A stretch of 64,000 nucleotides of DNA from OCS116 cluster bacterium AG-430-B22 (GTDB lineage Bacteria > Pseudomonadota > Alphaproteobacteria > MED-G09): positions 603-64,602 of the forward strand of contig QCOD01000002.1 of NCBI GenBank assembly GCA_003209955.1, written 5' to 3'. The notes beneath the pieces are model-generated. The model had not been told where the DNA came from. It did not search any database and worked only from the letters and a program-made list of their open reading frames with translations. A program made the translations under genes and the position numbers. This document shows, piece by piece, positions 19,062-28,937 of this stretch (positions within the stretch are counted from its first letter, which is position 1; the number at the start of each line of letters is the position of its first letter).

Positions 19062-20894
19062 TTAATTAATAAATAAACATGTACCACAAAGATAATACAA
19101 TGCCTTAGGGTCATTATAGTTACTTATATTAGTAAAAAGATCTTCAAACTTGTATTCAATATCTAGATTCTTATTAATAATTTCGTTTTTCATACCGATT
19201 TCATTCATTAGAAATGGTAAAAAATTAGAAAAGCGACTTTTTTTCTTATAAATTCTTTTAACATTATATTCATCTATTTCTGCTAAATTTGCTGCTTTTT
19301 CTATTGCATCATCCAAAGACCCTATTTCATCAATTAAATTGAATTTAAGAGCATCTTTACCGATCCATACTTGTCCTTTTGCCAATTTGTTAACATCCTC
19401 AATCGATATATTTCTTCCTTCAGAAACTAAGTTAATAAATTTATCATATATATTTTGAATAATAATTTTATTTAAATTAATTAATCTTTCGTCAGGTCTT
19501 TTTGAGTAAATACCCCTGTAAGTATCAGAAAATACTGATGATGATACTCCATCCTCATTTAATCCAATTTTGTTAAAGGTCCCTTCAGCATTAAATATTA
19601 CTGAAGCTACTCCGATAGAGCCTGTAATAGTTAAATCTTCTGCAAAAATATAATCTGTTGAAGCAGCTACCCAATAGCCACCTGAAGCGGCAACGCCACC
19701 CATAGATGTTACAATAGGAATATTTTTTTCTTTTACACGAATTAATGCATCTCTTATTAATTCTGAAGCAAATACTGAGCCACCAGGAGTATTAACCCTT
19801 ACTACCATTGCTTTTATTTGATCATTTTTTATAGCTTTATCAAATAAAGCAGAAATATTATCTCCACTTGCTGCACCAGAAGTTTGATAACCATCAATAA
19901 TTGGGCCTAAAATATTTACAACTGCAACAGTATTTTCTTCATCATTATTTTCTTTAGATTTAAAATAATTTCTATAATCAACATACTTCCATTCATTTTC
20001 ATCACTAGAGTATTCTTCTTTGAAATATTTTTCTAAATCTCCCCTTTTTACTAAACTATCAATCAATTTATACTCAACTGAAGCTTTGCCCCAATCACCT
20101 CCATTTTGTTCAAGTATCTTATCAATATTATTTAAATAATAATCAATTGAACCTAGTTTAAGTTCTCTATTTCTTTCAATTACATCAGTAATCTCTTTCC
20201 ATATATTGCTAAAAAGATTTAGGCGCTGATTCTTATCGTCATCACTCATTGATGAAAGAGTTAGATTTTCAAATGCTGTTTTAAACTGACCCTCAGAAAG
20301 ATTAATTACTTCCAAACCAATTTTGTCAAAAAGGTCTTTAAAAAAGAGTCTTTTTGAGGAAAAGCCTTGAAACAAAACTCCTCCTGATGGATAAGAGATA
20401 ATTTCTGTAGATGGAGAGGCTATAATATATGCGCTCTGTGAAAAGAAGTCTGAATAAGCAATTATAAATTTACCTGAAAGTTTAAAATCTTCTAATTGAT
20501 TGGTAATCTTAAGTAATTCTGCAGGATAGCCACCTAAAAAATCACTTAAATCAATAAAGATTCCTAAAATCTTATCATCATTTTTGGCACCCTCAATCGT
20601 ATTAAGTAGTTGATGTAAATCAATTTGCGGCGTATTTGTTTCTTGAAAAAAAATATCCCCTAAATCTGTATTTGATGTCTTCTCCTCAACTATTAAACCT
20701 TCCATAGGAATATATAACGCTGAACCATCCTCGACATCTATTGGCCCTTCTAATGAAGAAAATCGGATGAAAAATACTATACCTGCAATAATTATCAGAC
20801 CAGCCAATAATTTTGGTAAAAATAAAATGAAACTTATTAAATTTTTAAAGAAAATTTTTGAGATATGTAATATTTTTTTCAAAAAATCGATCAT
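19062..20894 (-). CDS. sppA: Signal peptide peptidase SppA, 67K type
   Basis: Two S49 domains, FKTAFE (catalytic Lys), RVNTPGGS, AASGGYW, TGSIGV. Confidence 0.93.
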   Translation of the reverse strand: MIDFLKKILHISKIFFKNLISFILFLPKLLAGLIIIAGIVFFIRFSSLEGPIDVEDGSALYIPMEGLIVEEKTSNTDLGDIFFQETNTPQIDLHQLLNTIEGAKNDDKILGIFIDLSDFLGGYPAELLKITNQLEDFKLSGKFIIAYSDFFSQSAYIIASPSTEIISYPSGGVLFQGFSSKRLFFKDLFDKIGLEVINLSEGQFKTAFENLTLSSMSDDDKNQRLNLFSNIWKEITDVIERNRELKLGSIDYYLNNIDKILEQNGGDWGKASVEYKLIDSLVKRGDLEKYFKEEYSSDENEWKYVDYRNYFKSKENNDEENTVAVVNILGPIIDGYQTSGAASGDNISALFDKAIKNDQIKAMVVRVNTPGGSVFASELIRDALIRVKEKNIPIVTSMGGVAASGGYWVAASTDYIFAEDLTITGSIGVASVIFNAEGTFNKIGLNEDGVSSSVFSDTYRGIYSKRPDERLINLNKIIIQNIYDKFINLVSEGRNISIEDVNKLAKGQVWIGKDALKFNLIDEIGSLDDAIEKAANLAEIDEYNVKRIYKKKSRFSNFLPFLMNEIGMKNEIINKNLDIEYKFEDLFTNISNYNDPKALYYLCGTCLFIN

Positions 20895-20903
20895 TATTAT
20901 AGA

Positions 20904-21302
20904 TTAATATTTGTAATTATTTTCCTTCACATCACCTTTTAATGAATAGAAATAAATCAAAGGAATTATCCCTACTATAGTAAAAGTCAATAAATACCAG
21001 AGACCACTCTTATTTATATCATGCAATCTTCTTATTGATAATGAAATTTCAGGTATCAGAAGAAATAAATTAAAGGTAAAATTAAGTCCAGAAAATAAAA
21101 CTGTTTCAAGAAATGTTAGTGATAGGAATAATAATACCCTAAATAATTGCCAGTGCCAAAACTCTGCTCTTGAAGATCTACCTTCAAAATCAAAATACCT
21201 AACAAAGCAAAATTTAACAGAATTTATGACATCATCAACAAACTTCACAACAAAATTATATAGAGAATCTATCTCCGAGATAAACCTTTCTGACATCTTC
21301 AT
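20904..21302 (-). CDS. DUF805 family membrane protein
   Basis: YFDFEGRSSRAEFW, RRLHDINKSGLW. The exact start is uncertain because it overlaps the lptB end. Confidence 0.88.
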   Translation of the reverse strand: MKMSERFISEIDSLYNFVVKFVDDVINSVKFCFVRYFDFEGRSSRAEFWHWQLFRVLLFLSLTFLETVLFSGLNFTFNLFLLIPEISLSIRRLHDINKSGLWYLLTFTIVGIIPLIYFYSLKGDVKENNYKY

Positions 21303-22020
21303 TACCTACAATGTCATTAGGTTCACCTTCAATAAGAACTGAGCCCTCATGAATAAGGACAGCCCGATCTATTAGAGTAAGGGTTTCTCTGACATTATGG
21401 TCAGTAATAAGAACACCGACACCTCTTTCTTTCAAATGTGAAACTAACTCTCTAATTTCACCAACTGCAATGGGATCTATACCTGCAAATGGCTCATCTA
21501 AAAGTATATATTTTGGATGTGAGGCTAAACATCTAGCAATCTCTACTCTTCGTCTTTCTCCACCTGAAAGTGATAAAGCAGGAGTCCTTCTTAAATGATT
21601 AATATCAAATTCCTTTAATAAGTGATCTATTTCTTCTTCTATTTTTTGTTTGTCTTCTTCTAAGATTTCTAAAATCGCTTTAATATTTTCTTCGACAGTC
21701 AATCCTCGGAATATAGATGCCTCTTGAGGTAAATAACCAATACCATTCTTAGATCTTTTATAAATCGGTAGATCGGTAATATCTTCACCATCTAAAATAA
21801 TTGAACCTGAGTCAGGTTTTATTAAGCCTATAATGGTATAAAAAAGAGTTGTCTTACCCGATCCATTTGGACCCAATAAACCTATAGCCTCACCACATTT
21901 AAATTGGAATTCTACCTCTCTTACAACTGGTCTTCCAGAAAATGATTTACTTATTTTATTTATAATAAGTCCTTCATCATTATTTTTAACTAGAATAGGC
22001 TTTTGATCTTCAGTGGCCAT
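21256..22020 (-). CDS. lptB: LPS export ABC transporter ATP-binding protein
   Basis: GPNGSGKT, GYLPQEASIF, LSGGERRRVEIAR, LLDEPFAGIDP. Confidence 0.96.
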   Translation of the reverse strand: MATEDQKPILVKNNDEGLIINKISKSFSGRPVVREVEFQFKCGEAIGLLGPNGSGKTTLFYTIIGLIKPDSGSIILDGEDITDLPIYKRSKNGIGYLPQEASIFRGLTVEENIKAILEILEEDKQKIEEEIDHLLKEFDINHLRRTPALSLSGGERRRVEIARCLASHPKYILLDEPFAGIDPIAVGEIRELVSHLKERGVGVLITDHNVRETLTLIDRAVLIHEGSVLIEGEPNDIVGNEDVRKVYLGDRFSI

Positions 22021-22021
22021 T

Positions 22022-22543
22022 TCATTCTTCCTCTTTATTACTTTGATCTACCAATACCCCTTTGACTCTCTCTTGGTCAAGTTTATCATCAAAAATCTCA
22101 ATTTTTCCTGAATTTATATCTAAAATAAGTTTGTTTCCTTTAATCATAGACATTTGGTTTTTTAGCACAACATTTTCAGTCATAATGATCTTCTCATCAT
22201 TCACATTATAAGTTGCTAAATTACCAGTTATAGAGGTTGAATCATTATTTTTAATTAAAATATTTCCAGAGGCTAACATTTTATAAAAACCTTTCTCATT
22301 AAAATTATTATTAAAAAAAAGTTCAATTTGGTCAGCAGTTAAATAGGCAGAACCTTGTTTTAGAATAACATTTCCTGAAAAACCGATAGTTTTTTGTTCT
22401 CTTTCAATGAACATATTTTCTGAAGTAATTTCATAAGGCTCATCTCTCTCTAAAGAAAAATTATCACCTTCTTCAGATAGTCCAATATCTGTGAATAAAA
22501 AAGAAAAAAGCATTAATATTCCTATAATGTTTTTCCTAATCAT
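22022..22543 (-). CDS. lptA: LptA/OstA-family periplasmic protein
   Basis: Signal peptide, beta-jellyroll-like pattern, position upstream of lptB. Confidence 0.85.
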   Translation of the reverse strand: MIRKNIIGILMLFSFLFTDIGLSEEGDNFSLERDEPYEITSENMFIEREQKTIGFSGNVILKQGSAYLTADQIELFFNNNFNEKGFYKMLASGNILIKNNDSTSITGNLATYNVNDEKIIMTENVVLKNQMSMIKGNKLILDINSGKIEIFDDKLDQERVKGVLVDQSNKEEE

Positions 22544-23165
22544 CTTTTAACTCACTTGTTGATTTTGAAATTTTTAACCTAATACCTGATGAAAAGAAAA
22601 TTTTTGACCCTTTATCATGAACTTCGATTTTTCCTGCATCAAAATTTATATTGTCTTTGCCCCCAATAACTGGGCCATCAATGAAAATAAAAGATGAATC
22701 AAGATTCATTGATACAGAATTCGCAACAAATGAATATCCATCAAATGTTTTTCCCTGAAGATTATCAAATAAAATAGCTGAGTTAGTTGATGCAAGATAT
22801 TTTGCAAAATTAGATGATAAATTAATGGTAAGTAAATCTTTATTGTAAAATTCTAAATTTACTTTTTCTAACTCTATATCTTTAAGTTCGGGTCCTAGTG
22901 GACTAGCTCTATTTGCAGTTAATTTATAAAAACTTCCATCAGATGTATTTCCTGTTAATAGTGGTTTAATAACACCAGAAGTAGAATCAAAAGTTAATCT
23001 GGAGTAATTATCAATGTCAGTATCATCTACAACAAAAACCTTTTTGGTGCTGATATATTGAAAAATAATAAATAAGATAAAAATAAATATAAAAATCGGT
23101 AAAATAAGCTTTAGCCTTTTTATTTTAATCTTATCTATCTGATTTTTAGATCTAATTTCATTCAT
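22536..23165 (-). CDS. lptC: LptC-like LPS export protein
   Basis: Single N-terminal TM helix, position before lptA and lptB. Confidence 0.75.
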   Translation of the reverse strand: MNEIRSKNQIDKIKIKRLKLILPIFIFIFILFIIFQYISTKKVFVVDDTDIDNYSRLTFDSTSGVIKPLLTGNTSDGSFYKLTANRASPLGPELKDIELEKVNLEFYNKDLLTINLSSNFAKYLASTNSAILFDNLQGKTFDGYSFVANSVSMNLDSSFIFIDGPVIGGKDNINFDAGKIEVHDKGSKIFFSSGIRLKISKSTSELKDD

Positions 23166-23167
23166 AA

Positions 23168-23779
23168 CTAATGTCTAAAAATGTCGATTTCAGACCATCC
23201 ATTTAAATCTAAATACGCTCTTGTAGAAATAAAATTGAAACAATCTTGCGCTAACTCTTTTCTGTTTACTTTCTGTAATTTATCTTCAAGTATTGATTTT
23301 AATTTATGTAAATGTAGAACATCAGAAGCTGCATAAGTTTTTTGCTCCTCACTAAGTTCTTCTAAACTCCAGTCAGATGTCTGCTCATTTTTTGATATCT
23401 CAATTCCCAGTAACTCTTTACATATATCTTTTAAGCCATGCTTATCAGTATATGTTCTTGCTAATTTTGAGGCTATCTTTGTACAGTAAATTGGAGCACA
23501 ATCAATGTCTAAATAATGTTTAATAACGGCAACATCAAAGCGTGCAAAGTGAAAGATTTTTTCACAATTTGGATCACTTAGTATTTTTTTTAAATTAGGT
23601 GCATCATAATTACTTCTATCAAATTGTAATAAATGAGCTGTCCCATCACCTGAAGAAAGTTGTATTAGGCACAAAGGATCTCTCTCTGGAATTAATCCAA
23701 GGGTTTCAGTATCGATGGCAACGCTATCTCCAAAATCAAGGTTTTTGGGTAAATCACCTTTATACATAGTAATAGTCAT
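23168..23779 (-). CDS. rnd: Ribonuclease D (short alphaproteobacterial 3'-5' exonuclease)
   Basis: DEDDy motifs: AIDTET, FHFARFD, YAASDV. Confidence 0.92.
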   Translation of the reverse strand: MTITMYKGDLPKNLDFGDSVAIDTETLGLIPERDPLCLIQLSSGDGTAHLLQFDRSNYDAPNLKKILSDPNCEKIFHFARFDVAVIKHYLDIDCAPIYCTKIASKLARTYTDKHGLKDICKELLGIEISKNEQTSDWSLEELSEEQKTYAASDVLHLHKLKSILEDKLQKVNRKELAQDCFNFISTRAYLDLNGWSEIDIFRH

Positions 23780-23881
23780 ACGATCATTCTTTGGTAATTA
23801 AATAAAATAAGTTAAAATAATATATAGAACTATACAGCATATATTTATTATAAAAAATAATATTTCAAAAGAGTGCTACCT

Positions 23882-24553
23882 ATGGCGACATTATATCATT
23901 ATCCTTTATGCCCTTTCAGTAGGAAAATAAGATTATTATTGAGAGAAAGAAATATTGATCCTGACCTTATAACAGAAGCATTTTGGCAAAAAAGAAAAGA
24001 ATTCATTAGAACTAATCCTTCTGGTGATGTACCAGTCTTGATCATCGAAAGAATTAAGATTTGCGGTCATTATGCCATAACTGAATTTTTGGAAGAAAAA
24101 TTTGAAACCACTTTTCCTGAAGATATTAATGAAAAAAATGAATGTCGAAGAATTATGGATTGGTTCGACAGCAAATTTCATTCAGAAGTATTAAAAATTA
24201 TTCTTCACGAAAAAGTTGAAAGACAATTTCTTAATTTAGAACAAGGTGGGGGTTTGCCGAGATTAGATAGAATTAAGGTTGGGATTCATAATCTAAATTA
24301 CCATCTTAAATATATTGAAAATTTATTAAATGATAGATTTTGCCTAGTTTCAGAAAAAGTAAATAATGCTGACTTTACTGCTGCAGCTCATATTTCTTGT
24401 TTAGATTATCTAGGAGATATTCCTTGGAAAAAGTATCCAAGATTGAAAGAGTGGTATACTAAAATTAAAAGTAGACCAAGCTTTAGGTCACTATTAACTG
24501 ATCAAATCATGAGCATCCCTCCAAGAGGAAAATATGTCTCACTCGATTTCTAA
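23882..24553 (+). CDS. fzlA: GST-fold protein, FtsZ-binding FzlA-like
   Basis: LYHYPLCPFSRK, NPSGDVPVL, KSRPSFRSLL and C-terminal LDF, directly upstream of queG. Confidence 0.72.
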   Translation: MATLYHYPLCPFSRKIRLLLRERNIDPDLITEAFWQKRKEFIRTNPSGDVPVLIIERIKICGHYAITEFLEEKFETTFPEDINEKNECRRIMDWFDSKFHSEVLKIILHEKVERQFLNLEQGGGLPRLDRIKVGIHNLNYHLKYIENLLNDRFCLVSEKVNNADFTAAAHISCLDYLGDIPWKKYPRLKEWYTKIKSRPSFRSLLTDQIMSIPPRGKYVSLDF

Positions 24554-25682
24554 TAAAGATGAAATAACTAAGAAAAGAAAACTTATAATTGAGAAATCTC
24601 AAGATTTAGGATTTGATGTTATTGGTTTTGCAAATCCAAAATTACCAAAAAGTGTAAAAAAAAATTTAGATAGTTTTCTCAAATCAAATTTTCATGGGGA
24701 AATGGATTGGTTAGCTAAAAACAAGCATAGGAGAGAATCTCCTGAAAATTTATGGTCGGATGTAAAAACTGTTATTTCTTTAGGATCCAATTATGGTCCT
24801 CATAAAAATCCATTAGAAAATTTAATTAACAAGGATTACGGAAATATTTCTGTGTATGCTAGAGGTGAAGATTATCATAAGATAATTAAAAAAAATTTAA
24901 AAAAATTTGGAGGTTGGTTAGCAAAAGAATTAAACTGCAATTTAAAAGTTTTTGTCGATACTGCTCCAGTTATGGAAAAAAATATTGCTGAAGTAGCAGG
25001 AATAGGATGGCAAGGAAAACATTCAAACATAGTTAGTAAGAATTATGGTTCATGGTTATTTTTATCAGAGATTTTTTTAGATGTATTTATAAGTGAGGAT
25101 AACAAGGAAGAAGATAACTGTGGAACCTGTAAAAAATGTCTAAAAATTTGTCCGACAGATGCCTTTATAGATAAATACAAAATGGACGCTAGAAAGTGCA
25201 TATCCTATTTAACCATAGAACATAAAAGTCAGATTCCACTAGAGTATAGAAGTAAAATAGGTAATAGAATATATGGCTGTGATGATTGCCTAGCTATATG
25301 TCCTTGGAATAAATTTGCTTCAAAATCTAAGGAAATAAAGTTTCTAACTAACAAAAATGAAGAAGATCTAAAATTATCAAAACTATCAAAATTAAGTGAT
25401 CAAGAATTTAGAAATTTTTTCTCATCATCACCAATTAAAAGAATTGGCAGAGACCGTTTTATAAGAAACGTTTTAATCGCTATAGGTAATTCTGATAATA
25501 GATCTTTGTCAAAAGATGCATTAGATAATTTAAAAGATGAGTCACCATTGGTTAGGGGTGCAGCCATTTGGGCTGTTAGGAAGCTGCTTAACAATGAAGA
25601 AATAAGTAACATCAAAAAGAAATATATAATTAATGAAAAAGACAGGTCAGTAATTAGTGAATGGGAAAATGATATTTCTTAG
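24534..25682 (+). CDS. queG: Epoxyqueuosine reductase
   Basis: YARGEDYH, FVDTAPVMEK, two 4Fe-4S cysteine clusters (CGTCKKC..CPT; C...GCDDCLAICPWN). Confidence 0.95.
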   Translation: MSHSISNKDEITKKRKLIIEKSQDLGFDVIGFANPKLPKSVKKNLDSFLKSNFHGEMDWLAKNKHRRESPENLWSDVKTVISLGSNYGPHKNPLENLINKDYGNISVYARGEDYHKIIKKNLKKFGGWLAKELNCNLKVFVDTAPVMEKNIAEVAGIGWQGKHSNIVSKNYGSWLFLSEIFLDVFISEDNKEEDNCGTCKKCLKICPTDAFIDKYKMDARKCISYLTIEHKSQIPLEYRSKIGNRIYGCDDCLAICPWNKFASKSKEIKFLTNKNEEDLKLSKLSKLSDQEFRNFFSSSPIKRIGRDRFIRNVLIAIGNSDNRSLSKDALDNLKDESPLVRGAAIWAVRKLLNNEEISNIKKKYIINEKDRSVISEWENDIS

Positions 25683-26441
25683 TTAGTTATTGTAAACATC
25701 AAGGATTGCTTCGCCTAAACTCTTTAGATCACCATCACTGGATAAACTATGATCACCATTTTTATTAAAACTTACATTGATATCATCTGATAAAAAACTA
25801 GACATTAAGTCTAGAGATAATTTCCAGGGAACAGAATTATCTTTAATACCATGAAAAATTCTTATTGGAATATTTAAATTTATTTTATCTTTCAAAATAA
25901 GATGTTTTTTTCCATCATCGATAAGTTTTTTTGTAATTCTATAACTAGAATCGTAATCCTCCACATATCTCTCAATGTAACCTTGTGATTTAATTAATTT
26001 TTTTTCTTTCAATGAAAATTTTTTCCACATTAAGTTTTCTGTCATATCCAATGCTGGTGCAATTAGAATTAAACCTTTTACTTTTTTTCGTCTTTTCAAT
26101 GAAACTAAAGTAGATATCCAACCTCCCATCGAAGAGCCAATCAAAATAACTTCATTATTTATTATTTGATCCATAATTTTGATACCGTTATTTAGCCAGT
26201 CTGATATGACACAATTATTAAATTCCTTTGAGGATCTTCCATGACCAAAATAGTCAAACCTAAAAAAGTTAATCCTATTTTTTTTAGAAAAATTTGAAAG
26301 ATATTGAGCTTTAGTACCACTCATATCGGAATTTAAACCTCCAAACCATAACAGACTCTTTTTATTTTTATGATAAATTTGCTCTTTATAGGCTATAAAG
26401 TCTCTCTTGTTAGTATATAATTTTTTGAAGGATTGACCCAT
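25683..26441 (-). CDS. Alpha/beta hydrolase
   Basis: GLNSDMSGTKA, FDYFGHG, GSSMGG, HG..D, GDH. Confidence 0.88.
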   Translation of the reverse strand: MGQSFKKLYTNKRDFIAYKEQIYHKNKKSLLWFGGLNSDMSGTKAQYLSNFSKKNRINFFRFDYFGHGRSSKEFNNCVISDWLNNGIKIMDQIINNEVILIGSSMGGWISTLVSLKRRKKVKGLILIAPALDMTENLMWKKFSLKEKKLIKSQGYIERYVEDYDSSYRITKKLIDDGKKHLILKDKINLNIPIRIFHGIKDNSVPWKLSLDLMSSFLSDDINVSFNKNGDHSLSSDGDLKSLGEAILDVYNN

Positions 26442-26450
26442 AGGATTTAA

Positions 26451-27620
26451 ATGCCTCAGATTGATATTAAAAATATAATACAGATTATACCTAATATGGA
26501 AATAGGTGGAGCAGAAAAGACAGTCCTAGAAATTGGAGCTTATTTAAAAAATACTCATTATGAACCTATTGTTTTGACAAGCGGTGGAGGAATGATTGAG
26601 AATTTAAAAGAAAATAAAATTAAGGTATTAACAAGAAAAATAGATCAAAAAAATCCATATAAAATATTTACAAATATTGAGAAATTTAAAAATATTTTTC
26701 TAGAAAACAAAATTTCTCTAGTTCATGTAAGATCAAGAGCTCCAGCATGGTCAGCTTATTATGCTTCAAAAAAATTAAATATTCCTCTCATAACTACATG
26801 GCATGGTCATGCAGAAAACTCGTCTTTCTTTAAGAGAAAATATAATTCAATTATGCTTAAGGGTAATGCTGTTATAGCTAATTCAAAATATACTGCTAAA
26901 AAAATAAGTGAAAATTACAGTTATGATATCTCAAATATAGATATAATACCTCGAGGAGTAAGTTCTTCAGATTACACTTCAAATAATTTTTCAGAAAAAG
27001 AAATAATAGATTTAAAAAGAAAATGGATTATTAAAGATGATCAAAAGGTTATACTCCTTCCTGCAAGATATTCACGGTGGAAAGGCCATGAACTTGCAAT
27101 AAGAGCTTGTTCAAAAATTGTTGAAGAAAATCCCAAATTAAATATTTCTATAATTTTTATTGGTAATAAGGATGGCAATGAAAAATATATCAGTAATTTA
27201 GAAAAATTATCTAATACCCTAGGGCTTTCAAATTATATAAAAATACTAGGGAATTTCGAAAATATGCCGCTTGCTTATCATGTATCTGACATAATATTAT
27301 ACCCATCAATAATCCCTGAGCCATTTGGAAGAGTGCCAATAGAAGCACAGGCAGCTGGCAAAATAATTATAGCATCTAATAATGGAGGCATGACTGAAAC
27401 AATAAAAGAAGGTGAAGATAATACAGGCTTTAGGATTAAAAATAATGACATGGAAGATTTAAAAAATAAAATTAATTTAGCCTTAAATCTTAATAGTGAT
27501 GAGATTAATAATTTAAGAAAAAGAGCGATAGAATATGTTGATAAAAATTTTTCACTTGAAAATATGTGTAAAAAAACACTTGATGTTTACGATAGAATAT
27601 TAAATGTTTCTAAAAAGTAA
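26451..27620 (+). CDS. Glycosyltransferase family 4
   Basis: GGAEK, HVRSRAPAWS, EPFGRVPIEAQA. Confidence 0.9.
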   Translation: MPQIDIKNIIQIIPNMEIGGAEKTVLEIGAYLKNTHYEPIVLTSGGGMIENLKENKIKVLTRKIDQKNPYKIFTNIEKFKNIFLENKISLVHVRSRAPAWSAYYASKKLNIPLITTWHGHAENSSFFKRKYNSIMLKGNAVIANSKYTAKKISENYSYDISNIDIIPRGVSSSDYTSNNFSEKEIIDLKRKWIIKDDQKVILLPARYSRWKGHELAIRACSKIVEENPKLNISIIFIGNKDGNEKYISNLEKLSNTLGLSNYIKILGNFENMPLAYHVSDIILYPSIIPEPFGRVPIEAQAAGKIIIASNNGGMTETIKEGEDNTGFRIKNNDMEDLKNKINLALNLNSDEINNLRKRAIEYVDKNFSLENMCKKTLDVYDRILNVSKK

Positions 27621-27653
27621 TTTATTAAGAAAATAAAAAATGGAGATAAATCT

Positions 27654-28190
27654 ATAACTAGAAATTTTAGGAGTAACTCGTCTAGCTCAAAAGAGCCAAG
27701 AGTTAATAGACAAATAGAGGCAAATGAAGTTCTTTTAATTGACTCTAAAGGTGGAAAAAAAGGTATCACTTCAATAGATGAAGCATTAAGCTTTGCAAAG
27801 CAAGAGGGCTTAGATTTGGTTGAAATATCTCCTAAGGCAAACCCTCCTGTATGCAAAGTTATTGATTATGGAAAATATAAATATCAAGCCCAAAAGAGAG
27901 CTAACGAGGCTAAAAAGAAACAAAAAAATATTGATGTAAAAGAAATCAAATTTAGACCAAATATCGACACACATGATTATAATGTAAAAATGAAAAGTGT
28001 TGAAAAATTTATTGGTGAGGGAGATAAAGTCAAGGTTACTCTTAGGTTTAGGGGTAGAGAAATGGCCCATCAAGACAGGGGAACAGATTTACTAGAAAAA
28101 ATTAAAGTTGAAACAGACGAATTTGCTAAAGTTGAACTACTTCCTAAATTTGAAGGAAGGCAAATGGTAATGGTATTAGCACCAAAATAA
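27654..28190 (+). CDS. infC: Translation initiation factor IF-3 with a non-canonical ATA start
   Basis: LVEISPKANPPVCKVIDYGK, KEIKFRPNID. The frame is open upstream of the ORF-track start, and GGAG (27642-45) is followed 8 nt later by in-frame ATA at 27654, giving 178 aa. Confidence 0.92.
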   Translation: MTRNFRSNSSSSKEPRVNRQIEANEVLLIDSKGGKKGITSIDEALSFAKQEGLDLVEISPKANPPVCKVIDYGKYKYQAQKRANEAKKKQKNIDVKEIKFRPNIDTHDYNVKMKSVEKFIGEGDKVKVTLRFRGREMAHQDRGTDLLEKIKVETDEFAKVELLPKFEGRQMVMVLAPK

Positions 28191-28239
28191 ATTTCTTTAG
28201 TTGAATTAATTAAAAAAATATTATAAACCAATTTAACTA

Positions 28240-28320
28240 ATCTTCCGGCAGGGCATGCCGTGTTTGATTATTGAATGCCAAACTATAATTTTATTAAAAA
28301 ATAGGAGATGCAAAATGCCC
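28240..28320 (+). promoter_or_regulatory. Candidate structured leader of rpmI-rplT (possible L20 autoregulatory element)
   Basis: GC-rich hairpin CGGCA-GGGCA-TGCCG (28246-60) in an AT-rich spacer. GGGCAT (28251-56) is the exact complement of the rpmI start ATGCCC (28315-20). Confidence 0.45.
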
Positions 28321-28512
28321 AAATTAAAAACCAAAAGCGGTGTAAAAAAACGCTTCAAAGTTACTAGCTCAGGAAAAATTATATCAGCTAAAACCGGTAA
28401 AAGACACGGTATGATAAAGCGCACACCTAAGCAAATCCGTAATAAGCGCGGAACATCTCTTCTTTCTAAACCAGATAGCAGGATTATAAAAAAATTCCTG
28501 CCATATTCATAA
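28315..28512 (+). CDS. rpmI: 50S ribosomal protein L35
   Basis: [22 protein letters not shown] Shine-Dalgarno. Confidence 0.97.
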   Translation: MPKLKTKSGVKKRFKVTSSGKIISAKTGKRHGMIKRTPKQIRNKRGTSLLSKPDSRIIKKFLPYS

Positions 28513-28524
28513 AGGAAGAAAATA

Positions 28525-28881
28525 ATGACAAGAGTAACAAGCGGAGCATCGAGCCATTCTAAACATAGAAAGATTATTAAAAGTGCAAAAGGTTATTTTG
28601 GAAGAAGAAAAAATACCTTTCGAGCAGCTAATCAAGCTGTAGAGAAAGCAGGTCAATATTCCTATAGAGATAGAAAAAAAAGAAAAAGAAATTTCAGATC
28701 ATTATGGATACAAAGAATTAATGCTGCTGCTAGATTAAATGGCATTAATTATGCAAATTTTATGAATGGTCTTTCAAAAGCTAATATTGAAATAGATAGA
28801 AAAGTTTTATCTGATATCGCAATTTCAGATCCTGAGACATTTAAAGATTTAGTGAATAAAGCTACATCCGCATTAAAATAA
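28525..28881 (+). CDS. rplT: 50S ribosomal protein L20
   Basis: MTRV..., [21 protein letters not shown]. Confidence 0.98.
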   Translation: MTRVTSGASSHSKHRKIIKSAKGYFGRRKNTFRAANQAVEKAGQYSYRDRKKRKRNFRSLWIQRINAAARLNGINYANFMNGLSKANIEIDRKVLSDIAISDPETFKDLVNKATSALK

Positions 28882-28937
28882 ATCTTAATTTATGTTAATG
28901 TAATTATTGATGCAATTTAGAGCATCAGGAAATAATT

